Below are positions 1 to 7,707 of a DNA stretch of 27,260 nt, in pieces. The position numbers and the translations under genes were made by a program. Origin of the DNA: a virus (lineage: Duplodnaviria > Heunggongvirae > Uroviricota > Caudoviricetes); the IMG/VR virus record IMGVR_UViG_2541047905_000014; one strand, written 5' to 3'. Position 1 is the stretch's first letter; every line of letters begins with the position of its first letter. The notes below the pieces were generated by a model. It did no database searches. It worked only from the letters and a program-made list of their open reading frames with translations, and was not told the origin of the DNA.

Positions 1-1131
1 TCAAATGACCAGTTTTTTCCACTCCTTACCGCGTACATCGTTGTAAATATCGGTCATTTTTTGATTCGAATGGCCTAGCAAAATTTTGGTATCAACCCCC
101 TGCTCTCTGAACAATCGCTCTGATAAAGATCTCTGCTCATGGAAAGAGGGTGGGGTGCCATTAGCACGCCAGTTGTAATCCACAGAATCCCGGGCTTTTT
201 TAAATGCAACGGTTAATGTTGCTGGCTTAACCATCCCGCCGCGCTTAGCTGTCCCTTTCGCGTGATGGTGGTGCAATAGCCACGGACTAAGAACGCAATC
301 GCGGCAGGATGACACTACATCATCCAGGGTGAGATTTAATTTATCGCAACGCAGAGCCAGAGGGATGGCAATCCGGGTTCCTGTTTTTTGCTGTTCGACA
401 TGAAGATAACCATCCCGGATATCCGAAAATTGCATTTTGCAAATATCTGAAAGGCGCTGGCCTGTCATCAGTGCCAGCAGCATACCGCGCTGTAAAAAGT
501 AACCATTCTTTTCCGCTGCGTTATAAATCATCATCCACTCATCAAAAGTCAGTCGCTGTCTTGATATCCGCACCTGCGGTTTTTTTGCCGATTCTGCAGG
601 GTTAAAGCCTGGCGGGACATCGCCCGTTTGCTGAGCTTCCCGGAAAACATCGATCAGTACTTTCCTGAAAATTTGTCCCATTCTGTTATGTCCTCTGGCC
701 TTGTACTCTTCCAGTACTGATACCACATCTTTTACGGTTATGGCATCTAACGGTCTGGTGCCAAAACGTTCATCAAATACCCTGAGAGGGGCCGCTTTCT
801 GTTTCAGCGTGTTGAGTTTGATCTCGCCGTTTTCATATCTTTCCTGTTGAATTTTTCTGTAATTATTCAGAAAAATGGTAACGGTTGATGAACCGCCGGT
901 ATCACTAATAATTTTCTCCTGCAGACTGAGCATTTGTTCCATTTGCTGCCGGGCAAGACGGCTGTTCGCTTCTGCTGCAATAGTTTCTGCCAGTTTCTGG
1001 TCAATACTGCCGAGACCGTGATTTTTGCCTGTTATGGGATGCCTGTAACGCCAGTAAACTTTGTTATTTCTTTTGTCAAAATACGGAGATAATCCCGGAA
1101 CATCGGTTTTATATTTTCGCGGGCGCGCCAT
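1..1131 (-). CDS. int: Phage integrase, tyrosine recombinase family
   Basis: 376-aa ORF on minus strand at the prophage edge. C-terminal region carries the Arg (TGQRLSDI), His-x-x-Arg (HEQRSL), LGHS and Tyr (TDIYND) motifs typical of tyrosine recombinases. Overlapped at its 5' end by a small Xis-like ORF. Confidence 0.9.
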   Translation of the reverse strand: MARPRKYKTDVPGLSPYFDKRNNKVYWRYRHPITGKNHGLGSIDQKLAETIAAEANSRLARQQMEQMLSLQEKIISDTGGSSTVTIFLNNYRKIQQERYENGEIKLNTLKQKAAPLRVFDERFGTRPLDAITVKDVVSVLEEYKARGHNRMGQIFRKVLIDVFREAQQTGDVPPGFNPAESAKKPQVRISRQRLTFDEWMMIYNAAEKNGYFLQRGMLLALMTGQRLSDICKMQFSDIRDGYLHVEQQKTGTRIAIPLALRCDKLNLTLDDVVSSCRDCVLSPWLLHHHHAKGTAKRGGMVKPATLTVAFKKARDSVDYNWRANGTPPSFHEQRSLSERLFREQGVDTKILLGHSNQKMTDIYNDVRGKEWKKLVI

Positions 1132-1357
1132 CTTCCAGTATCCTCTTCAAAGCAGGGTGATCTGTGGCGATCACCTCCGGCTTGTTTACCATTCCGACAA
1201 AGCGAGCTTGCGGATCCACTCGCCAGCGTCTTCCAACTTTTTTGGGGAGAGGAAATATCATTCCGGCTTTAGCGTATTTACTTAACGTACTCGGAGTAGG
1301 GACCGGTTCACTGAATTCCTCTTTTGCCCACTCAGTGAGCAGAATAAGTCTTGCCAT
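1109..1357 (-). CDS. xis: Excisionase-like small basic protein
   Basis: 82-aa ORF immediately upstream of int, overlapping its start by 23 nt, same strand. Size and position are classic for xis; the sequence itself was not matched to a named family. Confidence 0.55.
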   Translation of the reverse strand: MARLILLTEWAKEEFSEPVPTPSTLSKYAKAGMIFPLPKKVGRRWRVDPQARFVGMVNKPEVIATDHPALKRILEDGAPAKI

Positions 1358-1421
1358 GAGCGTCGTTCGCTAATCATGGTCGCCGCCACTATAGCTGGTG
1401 GGCAACGACCGGGGTTGAACA

Positions 1422-3893
1422 TTAAAAATCAGCCTGATTTGGGATCAGTTTTTGCCAGATAGCTGAAACGTATTTTGCCTGGTAACGGGCGTCATCAAGT
1501 GCATTATGGCGCTCACCTTCGAATGGAATAGCCGTTCTGGCATCGAAGTCTATGGCTTTCCCCAGCTCAACGATTGTGCGTACATCGCGATCGTTGTAGT
1601 AACGCCACGGGCAGGGGATCCCCTGCCGTTCGTATGAACGGCGCAAAATCGTGTTGTCGAAGTTGGCTCCATTTCCCCAAACCTGAACAAAAAATTCACC
1701 GGAGTTTTCGTCGATAAATTCCCGCAATTGTAACAGTGCATCATCTAACGGGATTTCATCGGTCATAATGGCAGATTGCGCTTCGCGTGATTGCTTAAGC
1801 CACCATTTAATGGTGTCCCGATCAATGACTCCGCCAGCAGTTTCCAGATCGATAGTCTTACTAAATTCCGGTCCCATATCTCCGGTTTGCGGATCGAAAA
1901 ATATTGCACCTATTGAGATGATCGGGGCATCAGGATTTTTTCCCATGGTTTCAAGGTCGATCATTAGATGGTCACACGTCCTGCTGGTGGATGTGATTTC
2001 TTGATGACCGTTCACCTTAATTGAGTGATCTGCCGTCTCGCCAGTTTCATTATCGCTATCGTGATGCTGATTGCCGCCAGTGTTCTCCTTGTGTGGATGT
2101 TCAGCGCCTTCCATTTCCTCCGGATCATCTTCCTGAACTTCAGGCTGATACTCTTCATCGAATGTTTCCTGGTATGTTGCGTCGCCCATTACCGCGCCAC
2201 AATCAGGGCAGTTGCCGCCGCCGGTCTGACCGCAGGCGGTGCAGACTTTTTCCACTTCCTGTTGCGCCACTGATTCAGGCTGTTTCGTTTCTGGCTCGTT
2301 TTGTAACGCATTTGGGTTGTTTTGTTCCGCTTTCTGGTCGTTCTGTTCCGTTTCTTGCTGGTTCTGGTTCACAGAATCGCGGGTCTGGTTCCCCTTAACC
2401 CATTTCGGATCATTCGGGTCGCTAATCCCTTCAACAAATTCACCACGTGATACTGCAAGCAGTTCATCGGCGTCAGGCTGGCTGATATTGGCTGCCTGCA
2501 TAATTTTGTTTACTTCGTCAGCGGTAACTTTTACTGACCCTGGTTGTGCGGTCGTGTCAGATGCACCAGTATTTTGTTGTGAACCTGAGTATGTACCGTT
2601 TTTGCGGGCGAAATATTCTTCTTTCGTGATTTCAGTAGCCCCAGCAGACAGCGCCTTATCCAGACCAGAAAGTTTGTTTGCGCGACCGTATTTTTCGCCA
2701 TCCTTGTCGGTGAAGAGGAAGTAGAACGGCCCCTCACGTTCTACAGATGGTTCGACTTCCACTTTGCATTCGGTTTTTTCGTTGTCCGGAATTGCCGTTT
2801 CCACTGCATCAGTTTCTGGTACTGGCGACGAGAGAGTATCAGTTGCGCTCTGATTTGTTCCTTCATCTTCAAACACGCCCTTTGTAGTCAGGTATTCAGT
2901 AATGTATTTGTTCAGTGCCACAGGGTCTTTGTGAATGTCGATCGGACGTTCACGGACAAGGCCAAAAATAGTCTGGCGGTCGTAGCGAAGGGCATCAGGC
3001 TGTTTGCGCATTGATGCCGAGATACGCTTCCAGTCTTCGCGGTCGTTGTCGATAACTTCATTTTTTGCCCAGCGATGGATGCTGCCGTCAATGTTTCCGG
3101 CATCCACATCACCAGGCCAGAGAGCGTAGGCCAGTTCGTCATCCAGTGTTTTCCATGTCTGCTTGTATTCGCGATGAATGGCAGCAATGACCGGGTTGAT
3201 TTTTCCTGTTGAATTTTCAGTGTGCTGTTGATTGGCTCTGGCGCGGGCGAGATCAACAACAGACGTGTATTTTCCGGCTTCCTTGCGTTCACCTTCGCGA
3301 CGTTTTTTCCAGATGCGCATCTCTGCCTGAATTTCGGGCCATTTGGCACCAGGCTTACATTTATGCTTAACCCACCCGATGGCATGCAGCTTAAGCTCCG
3401 GATACATGGCGTTAACTTCTGGCATTTTCATCAACGCTTCAACGATATGTCCGTCGAATGTTGCCATGTCTTCCTGCAACAGTTCCTGCGCGCTAATCAC
3501 CATATCAACGGTGATGTTTTCACATGTGTCGAACTTAACCATGACAGCGTTCTGTACTTCAGGGGCCAGCTTGTCAAAAGTGACGTTCATCGGATCTGAT
3601 TCAGTCTCAACCGGGACAAAGGAAGCAGACGCCTCATCCCAGCGGTTTTCCTGCATATATTCAGCATCCCAGGAATCTAGGGCAGGGCGGGGTATACCGG
3701 GTTTATCCTCGCAGACAAGAAATTTATAAGCGCAGTCCTGAGCAGCCGGATAATGTTCCAGGAATTGCCAGTGAAATTTTGCGCGGGCGCGACGTTCATC
3801 ACCGGCTTCAATGGCAGTGGCTACAGCGACTGCACCTTCTTCCTTTATTGCCTGTTCGTCCGGAATGGCGGCGCAAATAAAGACTTTACTCAT
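1422..3893 (-). CDS. Large prophage protein with C-terminal DEDDh 3'-5' exonuclease domain (YdfE-like putative exonuclease)
   Basis: 823-aa ORF. The C-terminal ~180 aa show Exo I (MIDLETMG), Exo II (WGNGANFDNTIL) and Exo III (HNALDDARYQAKY) motifs of the DnaQ-like family. Centre is a Q/N/E/T-rich low-complexity linker containing CTACG...CPDCG, a Cys4 zinc-ribbon-like motif. The N-terminal ~400 aa are unassigned. Confidence 0.85.
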   Translation of the reverse strand: MSKVFICAAIPDEQAIKEEGAVAVATAIEAGDERRARAKFHWQFLEHYPAAQDCAYKFLVCEDKPGIPRPALDSWDAEYMQENRWDEASASFVPVETESDPMNVTFDKLAPEVQNAVMVKFDTCENITVDMVISAQELLQEDMATFDGHIVEALMKMPEVNAMYPELKLHAIGWVKHKCKPGAKWPEIQAEMRIWKKRREGERKEAGKYTSVVDLARARANQQHTENSTGKINPVIAAIHREYKQTWKTLDDELAYALWPGDVDAGNIDGSIHRWAKNEVIDNDREDWKRISASMRKQPDALRYDRQTIFGLVRERPIDIHKDPVALNKYITEYLTTKGVFEDEGTNQSATDTLSSPVPETDAVETAIPDNEKTECKVEVEPSVEREGPFYFLFTDKDGEKYGRANKLSGLDKALSAGATEITKEEYFARKNGTYSGSQQNTGASDTTAQPGSVKVTADEVNKIMQAANISQPDADELLAVSRGEFVEGISDPNDPKWVKGNQTRDSVNQNQQETEQNDQKAEQNNPNALQNEPETKQPESVAQQEVEKVCTACGQTGGGNCPDCGAVMGDATYQETFDEEYQPEVQEDDPEEMEGAEHPHKENTGGNQHHDSDNETGETADHSIKVNGHQEITSTSRTCDHLMIDLETMGKNPDAPIISIGAIFFDPQTGDMGPEFSKTIDLETAGGVIDRDTIKWWLKQSREAQSAIMTDEIPLDDALLQLREFIDENSGEFFVQVWGNGANFDNTILRRSYERQGIPCPWRYYNDRDVRTIVELGKAIDFDARTAIPFEGERHNALDDARYQAKYVSAIWQKLIPNQADF

Positions 3894-3985
3894 TTTGTTT
3901 TACCTCATTACAGATTTAAGGGTGAACAAATCCCTGCCATTGCTGGCATATAAGAATGAAACCGGATATTTATTACGGAACTGTT

Positions 3986-4177
3986 TTAAAGACCTGCCGG
4001 GATTTCGTTATTATCCTGGTGAATAACTTTATCGACCGGGTAACAGTTACCGGGAATTTTCTGTTCGGTTGCTGCAGTCACACACTCCTGCATTGTCCTG
4101 TGAACACTGACTGCAATATCAACTGGCTCTCCGGAAACAAGAAAAACTGTCAGAACAAGTGCAAATGCTGTATTCAT
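3986..4177 (-). CDS. ydfD: YdfD-like small protein with N-terminal hydrophobic segment (63 aa)
   Basis: Internal ATG at 4177 is preceded by AAGGA at 8-nt spacing. The ATG overlaps the dicB stop (ATGA), indicating translational coupling. Size and position directly downstream of dicB match Qin ydfD from memory. The six-frame ORF extends further 5' but that stretch lacks an RBS. Confidence 0.65.
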   Translation of the reverse strand: MNTAFALVLTVFLVSGEPVDIAVSVHRTMQECVTAATEQKIPGNCYPVDKVIHQDNNEIPAGL

Positions 4178-4362
4178 TGTGCACATCCTTTTTGTATCGG
4201 ACGTAAACGGGCCAGCATTGAAAGAATGCATATTTTATTTAATAACTCCCGTTCGTGTTTTCTCTTGTTAATGGCATCTTCAGTAAATACAGGGTTACTG
4301 ATAGTGACACCAATTTCAAAACAACCTTCAGACGTATTAACGTTTGGTAATAACGTTTCCAT
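4174..4362 (-). CDS. dicB: Cell-division inhibitor DicB
   Basis: 62-aa protein METLLPNVNTSEGCFEIGVTISNPVFTEDAINKRK...KGCAQ is near-identical to my memory of E. coli Qin DicB. GAGGA RBS lies 7 nt upstream of the ATG. Confidence 0.85.
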   Translation of the reverse strand: METLLPNVNTSEGCFEIGVTISNPVFTEDAINKRKHERELLNKICILSMLARLRPIQKGCAQ

Positions 4363-4540
4363 TATCGCGTCCTCAACAATGAATTTTGTGATGCAGTGCC
4401 TGGTGCCTCCAGGTGACGTTAACCAGTTAACAATTAACGCCGGGTTAGTTGATGCTCGTTACGCCCGTAAAATACCGCCTTACTGCTTTAACTGTTCCGC
4501 GTGCGCATAGCCGCATTCACCGCATCACAAAATTCACTTT

Positions 4541-4598
4541 AAAAAGGGCGGCAGAGCAGTCACGGAGTAAAACTGATACCGCCAAATGTCACCAGAAA
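4541..4598 (-). ncRNA. dicF: DicF small RNA (antisense regulator of ftsZ and other targets)
   Basis: Minus-strand sequence TTTCTGGTGACATTTGGCGGTATCAGTTTTACTCCGTGACTGCTCTGCCGCCCTTTTT matches remembered DicF with one substitution, including the GGCGG...CCGCC terminator stem and U-tail. It lies about 180 nt upstream of dicB, as in Qin. Confidence 0.8.
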
Positions 4599-4933
4599 AT
4601 TGATAACAGAGGGCGTTGTAGCGGGGTTGTCACTTAAGCGTATGGTCAACCTGACAACCCGGTGCATTTTCTGGAGCAATGGAGGAAACCCCAGCCATAC
4701 TTACCGCCGCGCCATTTCGCGGAGTGCCACAACCGGAAGCGCACGGTCGAACTAAATTTAACGACACCGTACAGAGAGACCAATTTCGCCGTGCGCTTTC
4801 GCGTTATGCCCTGACTTTTCAGGGACATATCCTTTCAGTAAACTGTCAGTGCCGGATGCTCACCCGTGTCCGGCGCACGCACTCCACCTGACCAGTGGAG
4901 AACTCCTTAATTACCAACCCTCAGGAGGGTGAA

Positions 4934-5212
4934 ATGGATAAAAAGCAAATTGAGGCCCTGCAATCTATTATTGAAGAACAAGATGAAGCTATCAGGATTC
5001 TTTCATATCGCACTGATATGATACTAAATATGCTTTCTGCATTAACGGCTGCGCTTGGTGGTACAAAAACAAACGTATACCGCGAAGTTGTTATTCAACA
5101 GATAGATAAATTTGAAAAAACCATACCAGGTATTAATGCTCATCTTGCAGAACAAGAGAAAGACCATGCTCTTATGGCAATTTCTTCAGTAGCTCTCCCG
5201 AAAGTTGAGTAG
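4934..5212 (+). CDS. Hypothetical small protein (92 aa), low-GC, antisense to the early-left operon
   Basis: Strong RBS AGGAGGGTGAA immediately before the ATG at 4934. The ORF is markedly AT-rich compared with its flanks. Its 3' end overlaps the convergent 133-aa gene by 41 nt. The six-frame ORF starts at a GTG at 4895 with no RBS. Confidence 0.45.
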   Translation: MDKKQIEALQSIIEEQDEAIRILSYRTDMILNMLSALTAALGGTKTNVYREVVIQQIDKFEKTIPGINAHLAEQEKDHALMAISSVALPKVE

Positions 5213-5573
5213 TTTTAATTGTTGTTTTGAAATAATCACTGCTTTCACATTTGAGTGATTTCATGGCAATCCAAATGCGGGCCTCTGTGCCTGCATTTGG
5301 TTCCAGTTGCTGTAGACGTTTTGCGTCTTCCAAAAGTAAGGCGATAATGTGTTTCAGCTTCTCATCATTTGCTTGATTCTTGTTTTCAGGCGAATTCTGT
5401 CCGCCGAATAGGCGCTTCTCTTCATACAGACCTATAAAGGCACGACGCACGTTACCGGATATAGTATCGATGGTTTCCTTTTCTACAGTACTCAGGTCAA
5501 GAGTCGCCAGTTGAGAGCGAACCACATTCGCTGCCATTTCCTGGAATGGCATTGGTAAATCTTTAAATTCCAT
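5172..5573 (-). CDS. Hypothetical protein (133 aa)
   Basis: ORF in the same orientation as the ydfABC-dicF-dicB operon, with a GAGG RBS 7 nt upstream of the ATG at 5573. No recognisable motif. Confidence 0.6.
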   Translation of the reverse strand: MEFKDLPMPFQEMAANVVRSQLATLDLSTVEKETIDTISGNVRRAFIGLYEEKRLFGGQNSPENKNQANDEKLKHIIALLLEDAKRLQQLEPNAGTEARIWIAMKSLKCESSDYFKTTIKTTQLSGELLKKLP

Positions 5574-5595
5574 TATTAGCCTCGTTGGTTAGCTA

Positions 5596-5814
5596 TTAAC
5601 GTGGGTATGTAACCATTCTGGCAATGCTTAATGCCGCTGCTTTTTCCAGCCTGGTGATATCCTGCTCCAGAGCGGACAGATTTTCAGCCTGCTTAGTCCT
5701 GGCTTCATTGGCCCATTTCAGATCCTGCACTGCATTAATTTTCTGGCGCATCCACTCATAAAGTTCATCATCGGTATAGTCTGGCGCGATGATGACGGGT
5801 TCTCGTTTCTGCAT
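5596..5814 (-). CDS. ydfC: YdfC-like small protein (72 aa)
   Basis: 72-aa ORF with GAGGA RBS. Size and position (third gene of a ydfA-ydfB-ydfC run upstream of dicF/dicB) match Qin from memory. The sequence identity is not verified. Confidence 0.6.
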   Translation of the reverse strand: MQKREPVIIAPDYTDDELYEWMRQKINAVQDLKWANEARTKQAENLSALEQDITRLEKAAALSIARMVTYPR

Positions 5815-5843
5815 ACTGATTCCTCGCGGTGCTGTTTCGCTTA

Positions 5844-5972
5844 TCAGCCGTTAGATTTTCCCGAACTGGAAAGCGCCTGTTTAAATTCACTGAAGCTGAG
5901 AGCTTCTTCGCCTTCGGCAAGACCATCGAAGTATTCTTCGTAAGCCTTTTCCATGATTGTGTCGAAATCCAT
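5844..5972 (-). CDS. ydfB: YdfB-like small acidic protein (42 aa)
   Basis: Not in the ORF track because it is under 60 aa. I translated it by hand: MDFDTIMEKAYEEYFDGLAEGEEALSFSEFKQALSSSGKSNG. GGTGAG RBS-like sequence upstream; 1-nt gap to the upstream ydfA-like stop. Size matches ydfB (42 aa). Confidence 0.55.
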   Translation of the reverse strand: MDFDTIMEKAYEEYFDGLAEGEEALSFSEFKQALSSSGKSNG

Positions 5973-5973
5973 A

Positions 5974-6129
5974 TCACTCACCTGAGTTTCTTTCCAGCCA
6001 GCGACGGGCACCATTTTCGGTTTTAAACGTTTTGCTTTTGGTATACGTCATCGCGGTGAATGTGCCGTCCTGGTTGGGAAACACGCCGTACACCAGAGAT
6101 TCGTTGTTGCCAAGCTCGATAGTATCCAT
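5974..6129 (-). CDS. ydfA: YdfA-like small protein (51 aa, DUF1391-like)
   Basis: Not in the ORF track. Hand translation: MDTIELGNNESLVYGVFPNQDGTFTAMTYTKSKTFKTENGARRWLERNSGS. GAGG RBS 5 nt upstream of the ATG at 6129. Size and first position after the repressor gene match Qin ydfA. Confidence 0.6.
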   Translation of the reverse strand: MDTIELGNNESLVYGVFPNQDGTFTAMTYTKSKTFKTENGARRWLERNSGE

Positions 6130-6326
6130 GCTGACCTCATTTCCCCTTAACGCCGGGTGGCGGAACTAAAACCTACAGCGCCGTGCTGTTCTTGATAGAA
6201 ATATTAGTAATGCGGATATTTTAAGTCAACAGTATGGCGTATGATATTTTTGATTTGGTAACTATGTAAATGTTTTTTCAAGGGAAAAATATTAGTTATA
6301 CAGCTGATTTGCAGAAGTTATGGCAC

Positions 6327-6357
6327 AAAAAAACCGACTAAGACGTCGGTTTTTTTG
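6327..6357. terminator. Bidirectional intrinsic terminator between the repressor gene and the ydfA operon
   Basis: AAAAAAACCGAC-loop-GTCGGTTTTTTT: a GC stem flanked by an A-run on one side and a T-run on the other. It sits 26 nt downstream of the repressor stop on the minus strand. Confidence 0.5.
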
Positions 6358-6382
6358 TTGTGGATGGGGTAGTGAGCGGTGG

Positions 6383-6844
6383 CTACTGGTTACGTTTCTT
6401 TAGTGCCAGCATGTTCTCGAAGGCTTCCTCGTAGAGCTTGTTTAGTCCACGTAGCTGGTTAAGGAGTTTGGCTTTTTCTGACGCAGGTAGAATCTCGAAG
6501 AGGTTAAGTAACTCTGCCTGTTCTTCATTGACCAGCCTCCATCCTTTGCCTGAAAAGTTATCATCATAAGTATCTGATGATCTTACATAATTCATTAAGT
6601 CTTTAAGGTCTTCTCGAATGTCCTCTGGTTTTACCTTTAACAGAGCCGCAAATTTTAGCGCAGCGTCGGTATTTACCGGTATCTTGCCGTTCAGATACTG
6701 GCTAACGGTGCCTTGAGATTCGAATCCCAACAACTCAGCCGCCAGCTCTTGAGTCAGCTTCAGCTCTTTTTTTCTTGCATTCCATGCGGCTTTTAAATTC
6801 TTGCTCGCTTCTGGAGTTGCAATCACTTCGCGTGTTTTTTTCAT
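6383..6844 (-). CDS. HTH (XRE-family) prophage repressor, RacR/DicA-like, no LexA-type peptidase domain
   Basis: 153-aa ORF with an N-terminal helix-turn-helix (LTQELAAELLGFESQGTVSQYLNG). It is divergent from a Cro-like gene across a 107-bp AT-rich intergenic region. The C-terminus has no S24 peptidase motifs. Confidence 0.8.
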   Translation of the reverse strand: MKKTREVIATPEASKNLKAAWNARKKELKLTQELAAELLGFESQGTVSQYLNGKIPVNTDAALKFAALLKVKPEDIREDLKDLMNYVRSSDTYDDNFSGKGWRLVNEEQAELLNLFEILPASEKAKLLNQLRGLNKLYEEAFENMLALKKRNQ

Positions 6845-6892
6845 ACATAGAGTTTATTTGTTTTACCAATATTATCAAAGATAGTCTGGCTA

Positions 6893-6921
6893 TTGATCTT
6901 TAAAATTAGCGGGGCTAATAT
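6893..6921 (+). promoter_or_regulatory. Candidate sigma70 promoter for the rightward (cro-like) transcript inside the divergent operator region
   Basis: TTGATC (6893-6898), 17-nt spacer, TAATAT (6916-6921), about 30 nt upstream of the cro-like ATG. Operator repeats were not resolved. Confidence 0.4.
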
Positions 6922-6951
6922 TTGCTCGAGGCATAACGTAGAAGGTTGGCT

Positions 6952-7227
6952 ATGAACTTAAGAGACTATTTAAAAGAGAAACATATCACCCAGCTACAGT
7001 TTGGGAAGCTAACGGGTTTATCTCAGGTGCATGTAAGTCGAGTGCTGGGGGGCTATGAAAGATTCAGCCCTGAAAAAGCATTACGTGTTGCTGAAGTAAC
7101 GAATTTCGAGGTTACACCTCATGAACTCCGGCCTGATATTTACCCGAATCCAACCGACGGCTTACCTGTTGGATTCAAGGCTAACACACCAAATGCATCG
7201 GAGTTGATTCATGAAAATCAGGCATGA
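6952..7227 (+). CDS. Cro-like HTH regulator (YdaS/DicC-like)
   Basis: HTH motif LQFGKLTGLSQVHVSRVL. GAAGG RBS 6 nt before the ATG at 6952; the track's 6946 start is a TTG. Divergent from the repressor gene. Confidence 0.65.
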   Translation: MNLRDYLKEKHITQLQFGKLTGLSQVHVSRVLGGYERFSPEKALRVAEVTNFEVTPHELRPDIYPNPTDGLPVGFKANTPNASELIHENQA

Positions 7228-7636
7228 GCACATCCGCATGGCGATGAATGCCTGGGCGCATCCGGACGGTGAAAAAGTTCCGGCAGCTGAAATAACCCGG
7301 GCTTATTTTGAGCTTGGTATGACGTTCCCGGAATTATATGACGACAGCCATCCGGAAGCCCTGGCTCGCAATACCCAGAAAATTTTCCGCTGGGTGGAGA
7401 AAGACACTCCTGATGCGGTTAAAAAAATTCAGGCGTTGTTACCAGCGATCGAAAAAGCAATGCCGCCTCTGCTGGTGGCCCGAATGCGCAGCCACAGTTC
7501 AGCTTATTTTCGGGAGCTGGTGGAGACGCGGGAACGACTGGTGAGAGACGCTGATGATTTTGTCGCAGTGGCGATCGCTGGTTTCAACCAGATGAATCGT
7601 GGTGGCCCTGCAGGAAATATTGTGGCTGTGCATTGA
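7211..7636 (+). CDS. YdaT-like / CII-position regulatory protein (141 aa)
   Basis: ATG overlaps the stop of the cro-like gene. It occupies the cII position, and its size matches Rac YdaT (about 140 aa). Family assignment is from memory only. Confidence 0.55.
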   Translation: MKIRHEHIRMAMNAWAHPDGEKVPAAEITRAYFELGMTFPELYDDSHPEALARNTQKIFRWVEKDTPDAVKKIQALLPAIEKAMPPLLVARMRSHSSAYFRELVETRERLVRDADDFVAVAIAGFNQMNRGGPAGNIVAVH

Positions 7637-7707
7637 CTCGCAATATTCATACCGGATCACTTCCGGCAATTTGTGAGTAAAAAGATTCGGTATCAGAAGA
7701 GGTGAGT

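Noticed and set aside
1061-1373. Plus-strand ORFs 1061..1285 and 1164..1373 overlapping int and xis
   Set aside because: They are antisense to the int/xis genes with no RBS, so shadow ORFs.
1768-3729. Multiple 60-160-aa ORFs in other frames and on the plus strand inside the exonuclease gene (for example 2021..2398, 2239..2724, 2912..3385, 3222..3599, 3343..3729)
   Set aside because: They lie entirely within a long ORF that has clear domain motifs. They are low-complexity (Ser/Cys/Phe-rich) with no RBS, which is typical of shadow ORFs.
3956-4510. 184-aa plus-strand ORF antisense to ydfD and dicB
   Set aside because: It is antisense to two recognisable genes, Cys-rich and low-complexity, with no RBS.
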